From Bacteroidia bacterium (lineage in GTDB: Bacteria; Bacteroidota; Bacteroidia; M30B66): 64,000 nucleotides of DNA. The notes beneath the pieces are model-generated. The model searched no databases, was not told where the DNA came from, and saw nothing but the letters and a program-made list of their open reading frames with translations. Positions within the stretch are counted from its first letter, which is position 1; each line of letters begins with the position of its first letter. This document shows, piece after piece, positions 52,301 through 61,300 of this stretch. Location: contig OZ257142.1 in the NCBI GenBank assembly GCA_965279035.1, forward strand, positions 1,792,001 to 1,856,000, in the 5' to 3' direction. A program made the position numbers and the translations under genes.

Positions 52301-55300
52301 TTATTCCGGTTGCAACAAACATGTTAAACTTAAACGTTGCTAAAACGGCAGCGAATTTCACATTAAGTGGAACAGGAAGTTTCCAAGTAGGAGCATCAGG
52401 CTCGCTTACAGTAACAGGTACATTAACGAATTCAAGTTCGGCTACACCAACATTTAACTGTGGTTCAACATTCACAGTAAGCAGTGCTGGACAAACCATC
52501 CCTGCATGGAATTACGGAAACTTGGTATTGAGTGGTACAACAGCCACATTAGCAAGTTCAGGAACGATTGGTATTTGCGGAAGTTACACACCTTCTGCTA
52601 CTACCACTGTAACAGGAAGTACTGTTGATTTCAATGGTTCTACCGCTCAAAGTATTTTAACCAATGCAGCGGTATTCAATAATTTAACGATTTCGAATAC
52701 GGCATCAACTGTAACATCGGGAGTAAACGTAACGGTAAACGGAACAGGAACGATTAATTCAAGTGCTACCTTTATTCAATCGGCAGGAACTTTTGCAGCC
52801 AATGCAGTTGCCACAACGGTTAATGGTACATTACGAGTTACAAGTACAGGGGCAGCAACAGGTTCGGCAGCGAACTTAATTTTCAGCTCTACTGGAACTT
52901 ATGATCATAATCGGGATGGAGGAGCAATTCCATCGGCTTCTTGGAATGCAACTTCTAATTGTAATATCACCGGTATTAACGCAACATTGTGTACAAACAC
53001 AGCTCAAACATTTGGTAACTTCTTATGGAATTGTCCTTCATCGTCGACAACATTTAACTTTGGAGCTGCATTAATGACCAATGTTGTAGGGCTTTGTGAG
53101 ATAAGAAATACGAATGGAGCTACAGGTACACTGGGTTTTGATGCAACTAGAACTTGGACTGGAAATTTATCGATCACAGGTGGTAGAATTGCATTAACAA
53201 GAACGGGTTCAGCAACAAGTTCTTCTTTAACTGTCAATAATTTTACATTAGATAATACAAGCGATGCCAACGCACGATTTACACTTGGAGGAAATGCTTC
53301 TAATGTGGCATCAACTCTCACTGTAAATGGAACCTTCACTATTACATTGGGACAAAATGCGGCTGTCTCTCCAATTATAGTTTACGGAGGATTAGCAGGA
53401 ACTGAGAATGTTAATGTAGTAGGTAATTTCTCTCAAACGGGAGCTTTCACAGGATCTATAGGAGGTTCTTCAAGCAGAAACTTCAATTTTACGGGTGCTG
53501 GAACAAGAACAATATCTTGGGCAAGTTCAACTTTATGGGGTTCTGTTGCTGTTAATGTAAATAGTCCAGCCATTATAGATATTGCAAACTATGTATTAAA
53601 TAACACGGGTACATTCACACTAAACTCTGGAGCAGGTATCATCACAGCCAATGTCAATGGATTAACCACTTCGGGAGCAACAGGATCAATTCAATCGTCT
53701 GGTTCACGTACGTATACTTCAGGTGCTAACTATACCTATAATGGTACTGCGTCACAAGCAACTGGAAATGGATTAAATCAAAATACACCAACCAATGTTA
53801 ATATTGATAATACTGCAGGAGTAACGCTTTCTGGAGCAACAACCATAAGCGGTGTATTAACTTTGACTAACGGGAAGTTGGATATTGGTGCAAATGATTT
53901 GACTTTGAGTAGTGTCGGATTAGGAAGTGTAACGGGAGCGAGTTCATCCAAATACATTATTACTTCTGGAGCGGGACAATTACTAAGAGCAATTTCAACT
54001 GGAGGATATCCTTTAACCTATACCTACCCGGTTGGAGATGCAAGCAACTATACACCAGCAGCATTCAATTTTACTTCTGGCGGAACTGCTCGCAATATTG
54101 GAGTACGAGTAGTAAATACAGTACATCCGAGCAATACTCCTTCAACCGATTATGCCAACCGTTATTGGGCTGTAAGCAATAGTAATGCAGCTGGCACTTT
54201 TGCTTATACTCCTACGTTTACGATTGTTGATCCAGGAGATATTGGAGCTGGTTCGTATGCCAACATGAAAATAAATCGTTGGAATGGTACTTCTTGGACT
54301 CAATATGATACATCACCCAATACTACGTTTAGCACTCCTGATTTTACCTTAACTTCTACACTTATTCAGTTCACAATTGTCAATGGTGGTACTAATGAAT
54401 TTGCTATTCGCTTAAACAATCCAGCAATCAATTACACTTGGAACGGAGGTACAAGTTCATCGTGGACTACAACAACCAACTGGACACCGAATGGAACTCC
54501 AGGTGTGAATGATAATATTACCATTCCAGATGTTGCATCATATACCAATGAATTGATTGTAAGTGGTTCAAAAACAGTAACCGATTTCACAGTAAGCGCA
54601 AATGGAAAGTATACTTTAGGTGCTGCCAGTTCATTAAATGTTGCAGGAAACTATACCTATAGCAGTTCAACTGCTCCAACATTTGATTGTACTAGCACAT
54701 TGAGTTTGAGTTCAGCTTCAAGTCAAACTGTACCAGCACATAATTATGGTCATTTAAATTTAAGTGGGGGAGATCGCGTTTTAGCAAGCAGTGGAACGAT
54801 AGGAATTTGCGGAAATTATACTCCAAGCAGTGGTGTTACAACCATAACAGGAAGCACTGTTGATTTCAATGGTACATCGGCACAAACGATCATTACCAAT
54901 GCGGCATCATTTAATAATCTAACCATTTCCAATACTTCATCTACAGTAACTGCCAGTGTGAATGTTACAATCAATGGAACTGCTACGATTAACTCGAGCG
55001 CAACGTATGTTCAATCGGCCAATACATTAACCATCGCAGCAGCAACAACCACCAATGTAAATGGAACCTTACGTAATTCGGGAGGAACTATTACTAACAG
55101 TGGCACTTTAAACTTCAATGCATCGTCTATATATGACCATGCACGCGATGGTGGAGCAGTACCAACAGCTACTTGGAATGCTACTTCAAACTGTAATATC
55201 ACCGGTATTAATGCAACATTATGTACAAACACAGCTCAAACATTTGGTAATTTCTTGTGGAATTGTCCTTCATCGTCGACATCATTTAACTTTGGAGCAG

Positions 55301-58300
55301 CATTAATGACCAATGTTGTAGGACTTTGTGAAATAAGAAATACGAATGGAGCAACAGGTACACTAGGTTTTGATGCAACAAGAACTTGGACAGGAAATTT
55401 ATCGATCACAGGTGGAAGAATTGCATTAACCAGAACGGGTTCTGCAACAAGTTCCTCTTTAACTGTCAATAATTTTACATTAGATAATACGAGCGATGCG
55501 AATGCACGTTTTACTATTGGCGGAAGTGGTTCGAACGTTTCAGCGGTATTAACTACCAATGGTAATTTTACCATGGTTATGGGTCAAAATGCAGCAGCTA
55601 CTCCAGTTATAGTTTATGGTGGTATTTTAGGAACTGAAAATATTATCGTTAAAGGTAATTTTAGTCATAGTGGTTCAGGAACAGGAACCATCAGTAGATC
55701 TGGAACAGGAGGAACATCCGAAACATTCACATTTACACCAACAGGAGCTCAAACATTCACAAGTGCAAATGCTAGTTTATTTGGATTATGTGATGTAGTT
55801 CTTAATGGAACTGGATCTTTAGCTTTTGATGCAACAAGTATCATCGCCAATACAACTGGAGCTACGCCAACAGTAGGTCGATTTACCTTGGCTTCTGGGG
55901 CAACAATTATAACAGCAAATACAGGTGGTTTATCCCTTACCGGTTCTACAGGTAGTATACAATCAGGAGGAACTAGAACATACAATGCTGCCGCGAATTA
56001 CACTTACAATGGTAGTTCTGCTCAGATAACCGGTTTAGGTTTGGTTCAAGCGAATAATTTAACAATCAACAATGCCGCAGGAGTTACTTTATCGGCAGGA
56101 ACAACAATAACAAACAATGTCAACCTGAGCAATGGTGTTTTAACATTGAATACGGCTGATTTAATTATCAATAACGCAGCAACAATCACGGGAACTTTTG
56201 GACCAACTGCCATGATTGCAACCACTGGTTCAGCATCGAGAAGCTCAGGAAGAGTTATGCGCATGTTCCCATCAGGAACTTCTAGTGGATCTTTCACTTT
56301 CCCATTAGGAGATATTACAGGAACAGCTGAATATTCTCCTATAACTATTTCTCTATCTTACACTGGAGCTACATTGCCTCCTTATGTTGCCTATAAAGTA
56401 AAAGATGCACAAAATCCAAGTGATCCATCCATTACAAATTATATCAGCAGATATTGGGAAGTAACTTCCAATTTATATTCAGCTACAGGTATTTCGTTTA
56501 CAACTACATCAACCTATGTAACAGCCGATATTGTAGGAACTGAAACTTTAATAGAACCGAATCGCCTTTCTCAATCGGGTGTTGATATCGGTACTTGGTA
56601 TGAAGATGCTACCGGAAGTGCTGGTTCAAACACACTCAATGGAGCAACCTTAACTTCTGCAAACGATTTCAATGATGATGATTTAACGGGAAGATTAACA
56701 GTACCAATTTATTTCCGTTCGAATGTTGCTACAGGCAATTTTGAAAGCCCGGGTTCATGGTTAGTATCTACCGATCCTGCTTTCCTTGCACCTGTTGGAA
56801 CAACTACTACTGCATCTCCAACATATAGTAATTGTGATGGTATTGAAATTATGAGTGGTCATAATATTACCATTGCTGCTGCAGCCGGAATTGATCAAGC
56901 AACGGTAAATTCTGGAGGAACATTAACGATTGGTGCAGGAGCTACTTTGGTTGTATACAACGGAACCGGTACCGATTTACAAGTGAATGGTTCTTTGGTC
57001 AATCAATCGAGCATTGCTGTAACATTAGCAGGAACTCTTGTAATTGGATCTACTGGTTTGTACAATCATAACATCAACAGTGGAACTATTCCTAGTGCAA
57101 CATGGACTGCAGGTTCAAATTGTTTGATTTCAGGAATGACCACAACAGCACCATCTGGATTAGGTCAAGCATTTTCTGATTTCACGTTTAACTCAACATT
57201 ATCTGCAAGCAATAGCTTAAGCAGCGCTTTAACGAATGTTGGAAGAGACTTAACTATCAATGGAACTGGCGGTTTCACTTTAGGTTTAACATCAACTACA
57301 GCTTTAGCATTAACTGTTGGTAGAGATCTGAATGTAACATCAGGCTTCCTAACATTAGTTACTGGAGCAAATACCAATACTGTTTCACTTACTGTTTCGG
57401 GGGATTTAAAAATCTCTGGAAATGGTGGATTCTCCATCGCTGGTGGATCATCATCAGGAGCTGGTTCAACTACTTTAACTGTAAATGGATTAGTTAATAA
57501 TACTTCTTCTTCTGGTACTTCGTTCGTGATGTCGGGAGCATCTAAAATTGTTACTGCAACCATAGCTAATGGATATTCTCAAAGTTCAGGAACGGCTTCT
57601 ATGTCGCAAGGTTCTGGAGCAACTACATTAACCATTGCAACAGGTGGATTTACATTAAGTGGCACCGGTTCTTTCAATATGAACAATGGTGGAACGGGTG
57701 GAGCAACAATGAACATTACTTCTGGAGATTTCACACAATCTGCGGGTAACTTTAATCTCTGTGCTTCTAGTACTGGACCAGCTTATATCAACCAGAATAA
57801 TGCAGCCAACGGAATGGTATTATCTGGTGGAACAATGAATGTTTTACTTGGAAATTCTGTTACGTATGCGAATCGCCCAATCATCACCTTGGCTGGTTCA
57901 TTTAGTCAAAGCGGCTCCCATGCATTTGATTGGGGCGGAGGTTCTGTATCAAATACAGCAAGTCCATACCCAGCCGAATTAAGAGTTGCTAAAGATTTCT
58001 CACGTGCAGGAACATCTACTATCAACTGTAGTAGCGGAAGTGTGACGAATAAAGGCTTGATCTTATTCAATGGAACACAAAACATTTCCTCGCTTTCAAC
58101 AGGTACATTTAATAAAACAGAGACTCAAATTTCAGGTACTTCAACACTGAATAACGACTTCACCATGACTTCTGGTGCGAACACCGTTTTCACGATTAAT
58201 TCGGGAGGTCGTTTAAATACAAACAATTATGTAGTATCAGCTCCAGGAGGTACACCAACCTTTACTTTATCAAGTGGAGGTACTATTTCTTTAACTGCAG

Positions 58301-61300
58301 CTTCTGGAACTAGTAATTCAACTGGAAACATACAGATCAATGCCCCAACCTATAATGCTGGAGGTAACTACTTGTTCGAAGGAAGTACTTCAGGTATGGT
58401 TACTGGACCTTATTTACCTGCTTCTGTAACAGGAAATATAACTATCAATAATAGCAATGGGGTAACACTTTCGAATAACCTTACTATAGGTGCTGCAAGT
58501 GTTCTTACTTTAACCTCTGGTGTATTCGATCTTGGAACTAGCAATCTAATTTTAACATCGGGTGCAACGATTAGTAACTATGCTATTTCTCGTTACATTA
58601 AAACAAGTAGCACTGGAACAATTCGTCAAACTTTAGCTACCAATACACCTGTTCTTTTCCCAGTTGGGAATAGTGGGTACAATCCTATAACTTTGAGTCA
58701 ATCGGGAGCTAGCGATAATTATACGCTTCGTATGATTGATGGAGCTATTTCTGGATTGAGTCCAAATGATGTTACTAAGACAATCAATCGTAATTGGTCG
58801 TTTACACGAACAAGCTCAAGCATTGTAAGCATTACAGCAAGTTCTATCTCTTATAATGTAGGTGAAGAAAACAATGCAACAAACTTTAATGCTGGCACTC
58901 AACCGTATTATGGTTTATACAATGGTGCTTTATGGGTTCAAGCTACAGCCACACAAGGAGCGCAAACATTCACCTCTGCCAATGCTGTTTCTTCCTCAAC
59001 TTCTACAAGTTTCAATGTAGCAATGGGTAAAGATGATGCCTTTATTAATCCATCTACTACGTATACTTGGGTTGGTAACGGAGCTGCTGGCGATTGGACA
59101 GATCCGAATAACTGGAATCCAAGTACATCACTTGCAGGTCCTCTTCCGGGCGATAACATCATCATTAATGCTCCAGGTACTGCAAGTAATAATTTGAATT
59201 TGAATATTTCTAAAACCGTTACCGATGTTACATTCAATGGAACTGGCGTTATGGCTTTAGGAGCATCAGGTAGTTTAACCATTAATGGTACTGTAACATA
59301 CGGAGGTAGCTTTAGTGCAACTCTCAATTGTAGTAGTACAATCAATTATGCGAATACTACTGCTCTAACAATCCCGCCATTTAACTATGGAAATTTGGTG
59401 AACGCCAATGCATCAGTAAGAACATGGGCAGCAAGTGCTACAACTGGTATTTGCGGAACTCTAACAGCAGGAATTGGATCAACATTCACAGCTGGTGCAG
59501 GTAGTACAGTTGATTATAATGGAACAGGTGCACAAACAGTTGTTAATCTCAATTATAATAACCTAACGATCAGTCAAAATAGAGGAGGAGCTACTGTTAC
59601 TTTAGCTTCTGGAACTATTGATGTTGCAGGTACATTTAACCCAAGTTTGAGTAACAATTCTATTTCTTATTCAGGAAATACAATTAATTTCTCAGGTTCT
59701 GCAGGACAAGGAATTCCAGCCTTTACATATAATAACATCACAAGTTCAAATCTTGCTCGTACATGGGCAAATTCAGGGGTGATTGATGTAAATGGGACTT
59801 TTGCAATTCCATCTTCCGGTGTGCAAACTGTAACAGGAAGTACTGTTCGCTATTCTAGTACTGCAGCTGGAACAATTACTTTAACAAGTTTCTCTAGTTC
59901 TGCAACACCACGTCATTACAATAATTTAGAAATAGTTGGTGGAGCTTCTTCTATCTGGAACTTAGCTTCTGGATTTAATTTAGGATGCGCTGGTAATTTC
60001 GATTTAACTGGCGCAGGTACATTTACAGTTGCTGTTAATGCCACAGCAAATTCAATGACTGTGGATGGAAATTTAACTGTAAGTGGTTCTGGTAATTTGA
60101 TTATAGCCAATACAGCTACAGCAACTTTAGTCAACAATTTAACTGTTACAGGAAACACAACCATCAGTAATGGATTGCTTACTTGTATTGGTGCTTCTAG
60201 TAGTACTACTGTTCAAGGAAATTTAAGTACGACTGATCTAACCATTAGTGGTTCAGGAGCAGTAAACCTTGATGCAGCAAGTAATACAGCAAGTGCTGCC
60301 ATTACGGTTAATGGAAATATGAGTGTTACCAGTACTTCGGCCAGTGCAGTAAACTTTGGATCAGGTACTAATAATGCAAACAACGTATTCAACCTTAAAG
60401 GAAACCTAAGTAAATCTGGAACAGGTTCATTTAATTGTACTGGAACCTTCAATTCTACTACAGGTTTCTTCTTCAATAATGGGAGTGGAACACAGCAGTT
60501 TAGTTATGCAGGAACTGCAATGACAGCTGCGAATATCAATGTTTCAGCAGCGAGTACCTTGCAGTTAATGAGCAGCTTTAATTTAGGTTCTGCTGGTGCA
60601 AGTAGCTTAAATGTTGTGGGAACAGGTGTTCTTATTATGGGAACCAATGTAGTAACAGCAGGAAACAGTGCCAATCTCTTCAGCTTGAGTTCAACCGGTA
60701 CCTTGAAAACTGCTAATACATCGGGTGTTATAGGATCGATTGCTGGATTTACCTTTGCGAACTGTACGTTTGCATCAGGTGCTATTTTTGAATTCAATGG
60801 TGCTGCAGCTCAAAACACAGGTGTGTCAACCTTTACAGGAATTACTACTGCAAGTTTTTACACCATTACTTGGACTGGAACAACCAGCTTAACATTGGAT
60901 AAATCTTGGAGTTTAAATACTCTCAATTTCACTAACAGTGGTTTGATTTATTTGGGCACCAATAACTTAACAATTACTTCAGCTGGATCAATTACAGGAG
61001 GTTCATTCTCTGCATCCAAGATGATTGTAACCGACAATACAGGAACATTAGTTAGAAGTGTAACTTCAGTTGGTGTAGGATTACCATTTACTTGGCCAAT
61101 TGGCGAAAATACAGGAACAACAGAATACTCTCCTGTTACAATTGCTTCTTTAGCTTCTGGTGGTATTGCTGGATCCATAGGTTTCAGAGTCGTGGATGGT
61201 ATTCAACCGAATATGAGTCCTGCAACCATCTATGCAAGCAGATACTGGCCATGTACAGTTTCGGGATACAATGCAACTTATACATTAGGAAGTTCGACCT

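Noticed and set aside
52942-55515. Possible DGR template/variable repeat pair
   Set aside because: Differences are synonymous third-position changes, not adenine-restricted in either copy; both copies are in-frame and no reverse transcriptase is in the window.
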